Assembly (NCBI GenBank): GCA_023334545.1
Contig: JAADVB010000030.1
Coordinates: 46,714 to 110,713 of the forward strand
DNA: 64,000 nt
Direction: 5' to 3'
From: Salisapilia sapeloensis CBS 127946
Lineage: Eukaryota; Protista; Oomycota
The notes under the pieces are model-generated. The model made no database searches and was not told the DNA's origin. It saw nothing but the letters and a program-made list of their open reading frames with translations. A program made the translations under genes and the position numbers. Position 1 is the first letter of the stretch, and the number at the start of each line of letters is the position of its first letter. Shown here piece by piece: positions 35,329-46,349 of this stretch.

Positions 35329-38085
35329 ATGTACGCCGCTCGACGTCGACTGCCGACGCGATTGCTGGCTTCAACAAGGCATGAGCTGTCGTCCGTTTCA
35401 CGACCGTCCGCGAGAGTTGCGTTGAAGCAGTATGGATTTATTCCGGAGAGAACGACGCAGTCGAGATCGCTCTTTGGGCTACGAGAGCTCCTCTTTGGCA
35501 AGTCGGAGGACGCTGCTGTCGAGGCCAACAAGGAGGCCAACAAGCTGACGGAGGAGACAGATGTGGCTAAGCAATTGACACAAGAGAATGTGGACGATCA
35601 AGGCAGTGAGGTCTTGTCGGACGAAGCGCCAGTGACGCAGCAGAGCTTGGCGATCCAAGCGCCCATCTCGTACTCGACTGGCAAGTACGCTCGTATCGCA
35701 TCAGGAGGGATCATGGCTTCCTGTGGCGACACGAGGGTACTAACGACGACTGTGTCCGACCCGAAGCGTTCGGGAGGCGACTTCCTACCGCTTACGGTCG
35801 ACTACCGTATCAAGTACTACGCCACGGGGCTCATTCCGTCCACAGCAACTCGAAAGGAGATGTCTGGCAGCAACGACGAGATCCTCCAGTCGCGCGTGCT
35901 GGACCGAGTCCTCCGTCCCATGTTTCCATCGGACTACAGTGACGAGACGCAGGTCATCTCGACCGTCCAGTCGCTGGACTCGAGTCACGACCCGCTCGTC
36001 GTCGCTATCAACAGTGCCTCTGCTGCGTTGTGTGTCTCGGACATTCCGTGGAACGGACCTGTCGGCTGTGCTCGTGTGGTGGAAGTGGACGGAGAGCTCG
36101 TGGTCCACCCGACGTCGTCCCAACGCGCTGTCGCGACGCTAGACGTCCTCTACGCTGCGAACGAGTACCGTACGATCATGATCGAGGCGAATGGCGACCA
36201 AGTCGACGAGAGAAAGATGCAGCGTGCGCTCGAGATGGCACATGACGCCGTCCAGCCGCTCATCCAGGACCAACTGGAGCTCTTCCGTGCGAGTGGCAAG
36301 GAAAAGAGATCGTACGTCTCGACGGCTGTGGAGAAGGAGGTCATGGACAAGGCGAACGACTTGGGCTATCACGAGGCCAAGGCTGTCCTCAGTCGACCGC
36401 ACGTGGGCAAGCAGGAGCGTCTAAACGCCGAGTCCTTTTACTACGGTAAAGTCACGTCGCAGCTCAAGAAGCATTTCCAGGACCGAGATGTCCCTGATAG
36501 TCAACTGCAGAAGGCTGCGCACGACGTCTTCCAACGGGCTTTGCGTGAAGCGATGCTCGAAAGCACGGACAAGTCGGCGAAGCGATACGACGGCCGGACG
36601 AGCACTCGTGTGCGAGAGCTGGGCTCGGAGATTGAAGTGCTGCCAATGGCGCACGGGTCGTCCGTCTTCTCGAGAGGAGAGACGCAGGTCCTGTGCTCTG
36701 CGACGTTGGGACCACTGGACCGAGCGCTGCGGATGCACTCGGCGCATAAAGACGTGTCGGACTTGGCGTCTGTCAAGCACGCCATGCTGCACTACGAGTT
36801 CCCTCCGTACTGCGTCAACGAGACGGGTCGCGTGGGAGGCGTCAACCGCCGTATGATCGGCCACGGAGCCTTGGCGGAGAAGGCGATCCTGCCGGTGCTT
36901 CCATCTATCACTGACTTTCCCTACACTGTCCGCATGACATCGGAGACGATGGGGTCGGATGGGTCTTCTTCCATGGCCACTGTCTGTGGTGTGTCTCTAG
37001 CGCTCATGGACGCCGGCGTGCCGATCACTTCTCCTGTCGCTGGTATCTCGATCGGTCTCGTCTCGGACGGAGATGCACATGGCAATGCGAAGGACATTGG
37101 CAAGTACAATCTCTTGACGGACATCCTCGGATCGGAAGACCACTTTGGCGACATGGACTTTAAGGTCGCTGGCACGCGAGATGGCATCACAGCGATTCAG
37201 TTGGATGTCAAGCTGCCTGGTATCCCGCTCGACATTCTCTGTGAAGCTCTGCAGAAGGCGAAGATCGCTCGTAAGCATGTTCTACGTCGTATGAGCTCCA
37301 CGATCTCTGGACCGAGGAGTGAGTTGGGTAATGGGCAAGTGCCTGGGCTCGGCATCGAGTTCGAAGTGCCGTTGGAAATGATCCCTGCTATCATCGGTAC
37401 TCGCGGGAAAGTCATTAACGACTTGGAGACGCGGCATCAGGTCAAGATCAGTATCGACCGATCGAGTGGGAAGGTGAGTGTGTCTGGGTCGACGGATGGC
37501 ATTGAAGCGGCCAAGAGTGAGATTATGGCTTTGAAGGGCATGCCGGACGGTATCGATGAGCATGCGAGTGTGTTGTTCCAGGTGGATACGAACAATATTC
37601 CGTTTATCATTGGATCTGGAGGCAAGCACGTGAATGAGCTGAGGGACTTGTACAAGTGCAAGATCAGCGTCGACAGCAAGACGGGGGATGTGAGTGTGGC
37701 TGGTGAAAAGGACCAGGTCGAGGCTGCGAAGAAGGCCATTCTCAACATCCGCGCGCCGTTCAACGTCGGTAACACGTACCAGATGCGTGTTGCCGAGCTG
37801 CTCGACTTTGGTGCCGTCCTCTACACGGTCGACGGTCAGGAGCACCGAGCCTTCGTCCATTCATCGGAGTTGTCGGACGAAACGGTGACGGACATCAAGG
37901 ACGTGCTTCAAGTCGGCCAGGAGATTCGCGTTATGTGTATAGATGCCAAGAGAGGCAGCATGTCTCGAAAGAATGTGCCGGCTGAAGGTGAAGAGGCGAG
38001 TGTGTCCAACTCGAAGCGTCCGGTGGCGTCGCTCGTGTCTGGACGTCGTCGAAGCCGGCCTAGGAAACCTCGTTCGAGCAACTAA
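35329..38085 (+). CDS. PNPT1: Polyribonucleotide nucleotidyltransferase (PNPase), probably mitochondrial
   Basis: DFLPLTVDYR, SRVLDRVLRP, HGSSVFSRGETQ, HYEFPPYCVNE, RRMIGHGALAEKA, SDGSSSMA, DHFGDMDFKVAG, then KH, KH and S1 domains; presequence-like N-terminus. Confidence 0.96.
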   Translation: MYAARRRLPTRLLASTRHELSSVSRPSARVALKQYGFIPERTTQSRSLFGLRELLFGKSEDAAVEANKEANKLTEETDVAKQLTQENVDDQGSEVLSDEAPVTQQSLAIQAPISYSTGKYARIASGGIMASCGDTRVLTTTVSDPKRSGGDFLPLTVDYRIKYYATGLIPSTATRKEMSGSNDEILQSRVLDRVLRPMFPSDYSDETQVISTVQSLDSSHDPLVVAINSASAALCVSDIPWNGPVGCARVVEVDGELVVHPTSSQRAVATLDVLYAANEYRTIMIEANGDQVDERKMQRALEMAHDAVQPLIQDQLELFRASGKEKRSYVSTAVEKEVMDKANDLGYHEAKAVLSRPHVGKQERLNAESFYYGKVTSQLKKHFQDRDVPDSQLQKAAHDVFQRALREAMLESTDKSAKRYDGRTSTRVRELGSEIEVLPMAHGSSVFSRGETQVLCSATLGPLDRALRMHSAHKDVSDLASVKHAMLHYEFPPYCVNETGRVGGVNRRMIGHGALAEKAILPVLPSITDFPYTVRMTSETMGSDGSSSMATVCGVSLALMDAGVPITSPVAGISIGLVSDGDAHGNAKDIGKYNLLTDILGSEDHFGDMDFKVAGTRDGITAIQLDVKLPGIPLDILCEALQKAKIARKHVLRRMSSTISGPRSELGNGQVPGLGIEFEVPLEMIPAIIGTRGKVINDLETRHQVKISIDRSSGKVSVSGSTDGIEAAKSEIMALKGMPDGIDEHASVLFQVDTNNIPFIIGSGGKHVNELRDLYKCKISVDSKTGDVSVAGEKDQVEAAKKAILNIRAPFNVGNTYQMRVAELLDFGAVLYTVDGQEHRAFVHSSELSDETVTDIKDVLQVGQEIRVMCIDAKRGSMSRKNVPAEGEEASVSNSKRPVASLVSGRRRSRPRKPRSSN

Positions 38086-38179
38086 GTAGAGTAGTAGGAC
38101 GAGTAGAATGCAAGACGAGAATAGAAACAAATCATACACCATTTGAGTCCTTACGAAAGAGAGATGCTTATCTATGGAG

Positions 38180-41100
38180 CTAGACGGTTGCTTCCGGTGC
38201 ACCGACGGCAATGATCCGATCGCTCGATGGTCGGCGCTTGCGATTGCGCTTGAGCAGCATCGCACGATCCATCATTTCGTGGTGCCCGGTTGCACGCGAC
38301 GACGTGAGACCGTCGGCGACACTCGGTCTTCCATTAGCCATGGAGGCTCTCGATGACGATACGCCGAGACTTAGTCCATTTGCACCCGATGCTCGGCCGT
38401 TCACTTGGGATACATTCAGCGTCTGGACAGTGGACGTGAAGGACGGGACACTGGTCACTGACCGTCGACGTAACAGGGAAGGTGGAGGCGGTACTTTCAC
38501 TCCAGACGACGTGCGGTACTCGGCACTTTCATCTCGAATCGAGTCCAAAACGTCATCTGTGAGCGTAGCCTTTTCGAAGGCATTCAGGACAAATTGTCTT
38601 AGAGCTGAGCGGTAGTTGTATCGCTCTAGCAGCGCATGAATGTACAGCAAGAGCATAGGCTCTTCAAACAGAGGAGACTTGAGAGCTCGGAGTTTGTTTA
38701 GATTCGAGTGCGCTTCCTTTTGTGTAATGTGGTTACTCAAGTCCGCCACGTAGCGCAGGACTTCCCTCCACTCGGGCGGGACGTTCCGGAGGAGTGTCTG
38801 GAGATTAGACTTGGGTGTCTGTGTCACTGTTCGAGGCATACCTGGCGGTTCACGTGTCGGCCATTTGAATAGTGTGTCTGCGAGATGCGGCACTGCGATG
38901 GATGCGCGTGGATCTCTCGCCGAGTCCCATCCGAGTCGCGAGAGATGGTTGCGGCCGGCAGAGCACCGAGCGATCAGTCCGAGGACGTAGAAGCAGGTGC
39001 CTCGCACAGATACAATCGGCGAGTGCGTCGCGAGCTTTACGATCATATCAACCACGTCTGGTGCGTGGCGCTGGATGAGCTCGTAGCCCTGTGCCGTGGC
39101 TGCAACGTGTCCAAGCGCCCACAGCGCGGCTCGTTTCTCCAGCGGCACCGTCGCAGGGTCTCGTAGACTCTCGATAAAGTCCGGGACGTGCCCAGAGTTG
39201 TGCAGAATGTCGCATCCATTCGACGTCTTGGCCAGCTCTCCGTACAAGTGCGGTGGCAACGGGACGGATCGAGGTCGAAGCGGAAGTAGCTGCAGCGTGA
39301 ACTCAACGGACTTGAGGCGCACGCGTCGCACGCCTGCAGATCCAGTGTCCGTCTCGACTCGAAAGTTCCACACAGCTCGTTCGCCAGGTGCGCAGACAGA
39401 GCAGTCTGGTGACGGCAGCGTCTGGTGGTTGCGCTGGTCTGGCTGGCAGATACTCCAGTCCTTGTTCTCTTCCGCGACGGACTCGGGTGCAGGCATCGAT
39501 GACTCGTTCATGTCAAAGGAGCTGCCGAGTCCGGACTCTGAGCTCCGGTCGGCCGTCGCAGAGGTGGATCGCGTCCGGCTCTTGGACTGCGTGTCGCTCG
39601 AGAAGCCGCCAGAGGACATGACGAACCCACCGCTGCTTTGTGGAGGTGGCTTGGTGAAGCCTCGACGATCGACAGGTTGTGTACCGAGGAAAAGACATGC
39701 CTGGAGCGTCTGCTGGGAGTTCACGATGACTGGTTGAGGGATATTCCGGGCGTCTACGACGATGCCTTTAACGCGAATCGAGTTGGCGCGTAGATCGTCT
39801 TCGTCGATCGGAGTCTCCTCTTCTTCTCGCATCGATCCATCAATGTACGTTTCGAGGATCAAGTTGGATGGAGGACCACTGCCTGGAGGTCCGATGATCT
39901 TCACTTCCATGTTCCACGGCATGCGGTAGATCCAGTCGAGGCCCCAGAGCGACTGTGTCGAACCTTTGGAAGCACCGCTGCCGCGTTTCATCGGTACTTG
40001 AACTGGAATCGGCGTCGGTACGCTCTTGGTGGTGTTGCTCATAGTTGCTGACGATCGATCTCGTCCCGAAACGTCTCGCTGGAGAGCTCGGAAGAGTGCG
40101 TGCTCGACCGTTTGGACGTACGAAATGTACTTTTCTCGTCTCCACATCGATAGTGCGTGAGGTATCCAGTCATCTGTCTCTCGTAAGAAGCTCAGACCTT
40201 CTGGTAGCGACAGGAACTTGAGGAGCAAGGACTCGGCACGCTTGTCCTTGAGCTGCGTGAGCTTCGTCGGTCGCTTCGAGACCATCGCTAAAAGGCATTC
40301 ATGAGTTTCAGCTGCTTCTTCCAAGACACTCAGCGCCGCTCTAGCCACCTCCTCCTCTTGCGTGAGCTGTATGACAAGTGCATCGATGCCCCACTTGGCA
40401 AAGTCAGCTACTTCGGATCGTAGGAGAGCACGTAGGAGACATGTGGCGTAGAGTCTCAAGGCTTTGGACCCCTCCATCATCCACGACAGCAGCAGCTTTC
40501 GACTTCCGCCATCAACTGAATAGTCGAGATTTGCGAGGATGAGACGACAGAGGAAGTCGTGGCCTTTCGTCGTGCCCATGACGTAGAGTCTCTGGAAGAG
40601 ATTGGACTGTTCCATCATCTTCAAACCTTCTTTACTCGAGCTCATGAGTCCCAGGAGCGTAAAGTACTCTCGTAGCATCCTTCGAGAGCAGTATTCTGGC
40701 GAGAACATGCGTTCTTTCAAAACACCAATGTGGGACTCGACGATCGCTGCTTCAGGTCTCGCTTCCAGTTCCAACGCAGTCGAGATCTCTCGCAAGAGCT
40801 GCCCTCGACGATCCGTCTTAAGGAAGAGCAGACCTTCTTGATGATTCAGTAGCAACGTGTACATTTGACATGCAGGTCGTAGGAACGGGACAAAGTCTGG
40901 GATCCACGGCAATTGGGAAAAGTAGCCCTTATTCCCTGGATCGCAGCGGAAGAAACCAGAGAGGCGTTTGAAGAATTTAGTCTTCATGGCTTCCGATAGA
41001 CGCTGTGGATTCGTTAGCGGACCTTCTAATAGCTCTGAGATGATGTCCCAATTCCATTTCGTCCAGTTTTTATCCGTCAGCACGCGAGATCGATTGTGCA

Positions 41101-42833
41101 GCATCTCTTTGAACGTACTATCGTCAATCTGTGCATCCATCGAGAGCTTTAGTTCCTGTACCATGAGTTCTCGAGATGAAGAGCTCGATTTGCGTTGGAG
41201 AGATAGAGAAGATGAGACGGTGGAGGAGGAAGAAGTCGAACGTTGGAGAGGCTGCTGTTGAAATGGAAGTAGCGAAGGACGATTCGTGTCACGTAGTAGC
41301 TCGGATGCTAGTTGTACGCCGTTCACGCCACTACTACCATACGATACGAGTGAGACGCCTCTAGATGCGACGCTCCCAGAGCTCGCACCTACAGCTGTAG
41401 CGAGTTCTCCTAGCATTTCACTTGCTCGAATGGACTTTTCTCGCTGCAGACGTTCGATCAAGCTCTTGGCGTAGTTTCCCAATGGCTGCGTCGTCGTGGT
41501 TGTTAATGACGTAGCCGAGACAAGACCAGGGAGAGCGAGTAGAGAAGCACACTGCTGGTCTGGTAGGAGACGGGAGGACATGCGCAGGATGTCGGAGAGC
41601 AGCTCTACCGCCGGCTCGGCGAGTTCTCGGGAAGGACCGATGCCGAGCGTCAGGAGAGCGTCGAGAATACCACAGTGGATCATACCGAGGAGGATGACGA
41701 CGGTGTAGTTGTCCAAGACATTGAGCTGCGACGTCAGCGGCTGGTTGTCTGTTGCCATGACGCTGATAGGGACGGTCGTGGCACTGCTATCAGTCGACTC
41801 GGTGGATGTCGCGTCGAACGGAGCTTTCTTGTAAAAGATTTCGCAGATCGTCGACAGCACTGCTTTCTGCACGTCTTCTCCAACAGGCTTTACGAGCAGT
41901 TGGATGAGCGACTTTAGACCTTGTGGATTCGATGTGAGCACCACGATGCCTGTCCACGACCGCATCATCTTCACGATGGCATTACGACTGGCCATCCATC
42001 GCTGCCGACGCTCGTTCCCGGCTGGAAGGTCGGTGTCTGTGAATGGCGCCAAGAGCACTTGGCTGTCGATGAACGGATCCACGTACCGTCTAGTGGCTGG
42101 TTCGTTCAGAACCATGAGCATGGTGTATATTAAAGAGTCTGCTACGTCCTGGAAAGAAGGCTCGAGGATGGCGTCTACCAGCACACGGATGCCATTAGCT
42201 TCGGCAACGACCTCGGTGTTGCATAGTGCTAGTTCCCGCAGCGTTTCGAGAGAGATGCGGCGGAGATTGTCGTCTTTGTGATTGGCGATGGCGACGAGGG
42301 AGGCGACGAGAGCTGTTGGCATTTGACTCGCATCGATTTCCATGACGCGACGCACGACTTTGATCGCTTGGACGCGTTCAGCGAGCTGCTTCTGGTCGCG
42401 TTCCATGGCACGCACGACAAAGACGGGGATGTATAAATCGACGAAGCTCTTGACGTTATCTCGACTATTCATGCAGTAGCGAAGGACACGGAGCGCTCCT
42501 TGACGAGTGGAGGTGTCATTATCCGCTGCAAGACGCCGCATGCAGCGCATGACACGGTCCATGGGGAATTCATCTAGAAGCAGCGGATCGTTCTTGAGTT
42601 CCTATGGGTTTACAAGATGTAAGTGACAAGGATGGAGCTTAATGCAGACGTAGAGGACGTACATAGCATAATCGACCGGTGCTTTCGAGTTTCGACTTTC
42701 TATCCAAGTTTCCCCGTTCGATAGCGGTGCAAATGGTTGTCAGACTGCTTTCTCCCGTGGATGAAGATCCAACGGGGGCACTGGACGGAGGGGCCGAAGA
42801 CTGTGCCGATGTCGATCCTCGTTTGGACGACAT
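38180..42833 (-). CDS. RICTOR: Rictor/Avo3 (TORC2 subunit), 2 exons
   Basis: ERVQAIKVVR, RISLETLREL, WNWDIISELL, FFKRLSGFF, REYFTLLGLMSS, WGIDALVIQL, PPHLYGELAKTSNG, KRAALWALGH, SVRGTCFYVLGLIA. Intron 42659-42602 joins RLCY|ELKND. Confidence 0.93.
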
Positions 42834-44621
42834 ACCGACGTTGCTATCTACTATTGGCTCGAGTGCAAACGGTGCTGGTGTTGCAAGCTATCGACTGGCG
42901 TCTAGTGAGGATATGGAGACAATAAGATGCGATCGGGAAGGCTGCGCGGTGGACGGAGCAGGAGCGCGTGCCCTATCGGTCGGGGAATTTGGATCAATTT
43001 GTGAAGTGGATTCAGCTCTTGGTGAAGATGTCCGAGTGTATATGAAACGTGCAGCCAAGTAGCCTCAAATGTCTTTTGACAACGGACACTTGTGCGGAAT
43101 TGTAAATGGACAAATAGAAGTGGGCATGTTTTTATGAGATGGAGCTGGGGAAGAACGGTGGTCTGAAAAAGTGGTGATAGACCACGGACAAGTTCAAGTA
43201 GCTAGCGAAGATGAACTACGGGAAAGGGATGAAGGTTGGAAAATAACTCTTCGGATTAGATTGGTTGTATGGTCTATATGTGTAGAAATTGCAGTCCAGC
43301 AGTTCCTATGCTGATTGCAGCATTTCAGTGGTGGAAAGCTGGGCTTAGTGCTCTTCTATTGCTACGTTACGATGGCAATGGCCAATTGATCCCGCAACAG
43401 AGCCACAACTAGGATACCAGAGTAGATTTGTTCAAATGCAGGTGAAATCTAGAACCGACATCTGTGAGGACGAAGACATGGCTACGTTGATCGTCGCTGA
43501 CGAGTTTGTAGCTAAAGTGACTCCAATCCACGAAATAGAAACCTTTAGACATCCTTCACGTTGCATATACGACGGAAATGCTGCAATCCATGAGATGTTC
43601 GCCATACATCACAGTTTCTTTTGAGCCGTAGAGGACGCTTATAAAAGTCTTCCTCCGTTGAGACATGTACTGCAATCCTACGGCTCTTGTGTACCTTAAC
43701 ACGATTGTCTGAAGCATCGAGGCGTACTCGCTCTATCACCGATCTATCCGTGAGCATCCACATTCAATCCCCTGGCCTTTCGCTTTCTAGCTTGAGGTGT
43801 GTTCCTACAGACTTCAAGTGGATATACTTGAAAGTACGGATAGATCTTCCAGTGAGCTCTCAAGAGGCAAGGAATGACATGTAGAGTCCCAGGACCAACT
43901 CAATAGACACTTTGGAGTGCGCTCTATCTATCCATGTCAAAAATGGACATTCGAAAAACAAAAGTTTTGGTGGTCGACTCGAGATCGCTACTTCGTTGTT
44001 CGCATACTCTGGTGTTCGCTTGATCCGCGACGTTTCGAGATCATACAAAAAGCTAGTGAGCCCAGAATTCGCAACACTTTCCTTACAGTCGGCGCTGTTG
44101 GTTTGAATGACAAGCTTTTTGTATATCTCGGAAGAGTCAAGCCGCCAACACAACATCCTCGAGCGCAAAACCCTAGGTAGCAACTCGAGTCGACCACCAT
44201 AACTTTTGCAAAACGAATTTCTTTTCTTTGGCATTCAGGGATAGAGCATGCTCAACAATGTCTAGCGTGCAAGTCTAGTGTTTACATGCCATTTCATCCT
44301 CTCTGAAAGTCCCCAAGTATATCTACGACCGTCCAAGGTACACTGCACTCGAAGGCTCGATTGCTGCCTGAGAATGCCATGCGCATGTATTCACAGCATC
44401 GAGATATCAATAGCTGTAGCAATGGTGGGGACATACAATGTGGAGAGATGGAGTACAGCCTAAATTAGGATATGTGAAGCAAGTGGAATTAAACGACATC
44501 ATCAATTAATTTCATCGCGATCTTAATGTCAAGTCACATAGTGTAACCTGTTTATAAGCACTATTTTCTCTTAAAAAGAGGGAGGTGAATTTGTGGAGCA
44601 AAGGACAGGAACTCCGCAACG

Positions 44622-45637
44622 ATGAATGCGCTCCGCTTGACTCGTGCGCTACGTGGACCTACGGCGTTTCCACTGCGCAGATGCGCTAGCACGGCTTCTG
44701 CAGCCACTTCTGCTAGTGAATCCTCCTCTGCACTGCCTAATCTTGACCTGGCGCCTGAGAAACCGGAGCCGGAACCTCGTATCATATCTGCTGCCAAGCA
44801 AGGTATAAATGCATGCAAACGAACCTAGGCAAACAGTGCTCTGATCATCGGCTTTCTACGATATATAGCTACGTATGCAGCAGATGGCACTGTGACCATG
44901 TCGAAGCTGTCCTTTAGCAACCAGGACGAGCTCGAAACGCTGACTTTGGACGGCAGTGTCTTTGGCGCAGCGCCTCGTGTGGACATCTTGCACCGTGTCG
45001 TTCGATGGCAGCTAGCTTGCCGTCGTGCTGGTACCACCAAGACCAAGTCTCGATCGGAAGTGAGCGGATCCACGCGTAAACCGTGGCGACAAAAAGGTCT
45101 CGGTCGAGCTCGTGTCGGCGACATTCGGTACGTTCATCTTTTCTTGATGCAGCAACGTAGAAGAGTATCTAATAAAGTTATCTCCTAGTGCTCCGCAGTG
45201 GCGTGGAGGGTACACGGTGCATGGCCCGCAGCCTCGAGACTACTCGTACAAACTGCCGAAGAAGGTGCGTGCGATGGGTCTCCGTGTCGCTCTCTCGACC
45301 AAGCTTCGTGAAGGAAAGCTGGCCATCGTTGACTCGTTGAACGTCGAGGTATGCTCTCTAGGCTACTACTTACCAGCAGTAGAAGGCTAATGTGTATGAG
45401 TAGACGTCCAAGCATAAGGAAATGAAAGAGCTTCTGGACTCTCGTCGATGGGACCACGCGCTCTTCATCCATGGCAGCGAGGTGGACGAGAACTTTGGTC
45501 TGTCGACGCGTAACATGGCGTACGTGGACTCGTTGCCGCAGGAGGCGGTCAACGTGTACTCGATCCTGCAAAAGGACCTCCTCGTCATCACGGCCGACGC
45601 GGTCAAGTACCTCGAGGACCGACTGCACGTGGACTAG
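44622..45637 (+). CDS. MRPL4: Mitochondrial ribosomal protein uL4m; multi-exon
   Basis: [76 protein letters not shown]; mitochondrial presequence. Confidence 0.96.
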
Positions 45638-45699
45638 ACCTGGTCAAACATGTTAGAAGCTGCTTGCCAAACAAAACACTTTTTCGTTTTTTCATTTCT

Positions 45700-46215
45700 T
45701 TATCCTTCCTTGGTGTCATGGCCCATAGCTGCTCGTAGTCGATCTTCCACTGGCACCGGCATGCTCGACTTGACGTCATCCTCGTCCACCGTGTTAGTCG
45801 AGTGGAGTTGTCCGAGAAAGTCTTTCGCAGCGTCTAGTTCATGCAGGAGGACGTCGCGTTGGTGATGCATCCGCTCCACGAGCTCATCCCGCTTCCTTTG
45901 TTCCTTCTGACCGGTGGCAAGCAAGTCTCGCAGGCGCTGCTTGATCTGCCGCGTCTCTTGCTGGATGAGCGCTTGCTCCCTGGACCCTCCGTCCCCTGCG
46001 CTCTCGTACTCGCCGACGGCCATGCGCTCCAAGTGCCATCCCGTGAGCCCTTGGACGCGGCGATCCGGCGCACTTAGATTAAGAATCTCCTTGTAGTTAT
46101 CATCGTTCCGTCGTTGGTTGTACACGTCCTGCAGCTCGTTCCACTTGCCTTCGACGCCGTACTTGGTGTAGACATCGCAGAGTCTGCACAAGTCATCCAC
46201 GGCGCTCTTCTCCAT
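45700..46215 (-). CDS. Hypothetical 171-aa protein with a coiled-coil segment
   Basis: Intact ORF filling the gap between MRPL4 and the TYW gene; protein-like composition; no family recognised. Confidence 0.65.
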   Translation of the reverse strand: MEKSAVDDLCRLCDVYTKYGVEGKWNELQDVYNQRRNDDNYKEILNLSAPDRRVQGLTGWHLERMAVGEYESAGDGGSREQALIQQETRQIKQRLRDLLATGQKEQRKRDELVERMHHQRDVLLHELDAAKDFLGQLHSTNTVDEDDVKSSMPVPVEDRLRAAMGHDTKEG

Positions 46216-46349
46216 GAATAAGTAGGTGCAAAAGCGAGAGATAGAATGGATGTAAACGACACGGTGCTTATTTGTTATTAAGGAGCTTGTCTTGCATGAA
46301 CTTTGAATCGTTCGATGCGAAGGAGTAAGAGTAGAAACAAAAGCAAGGT

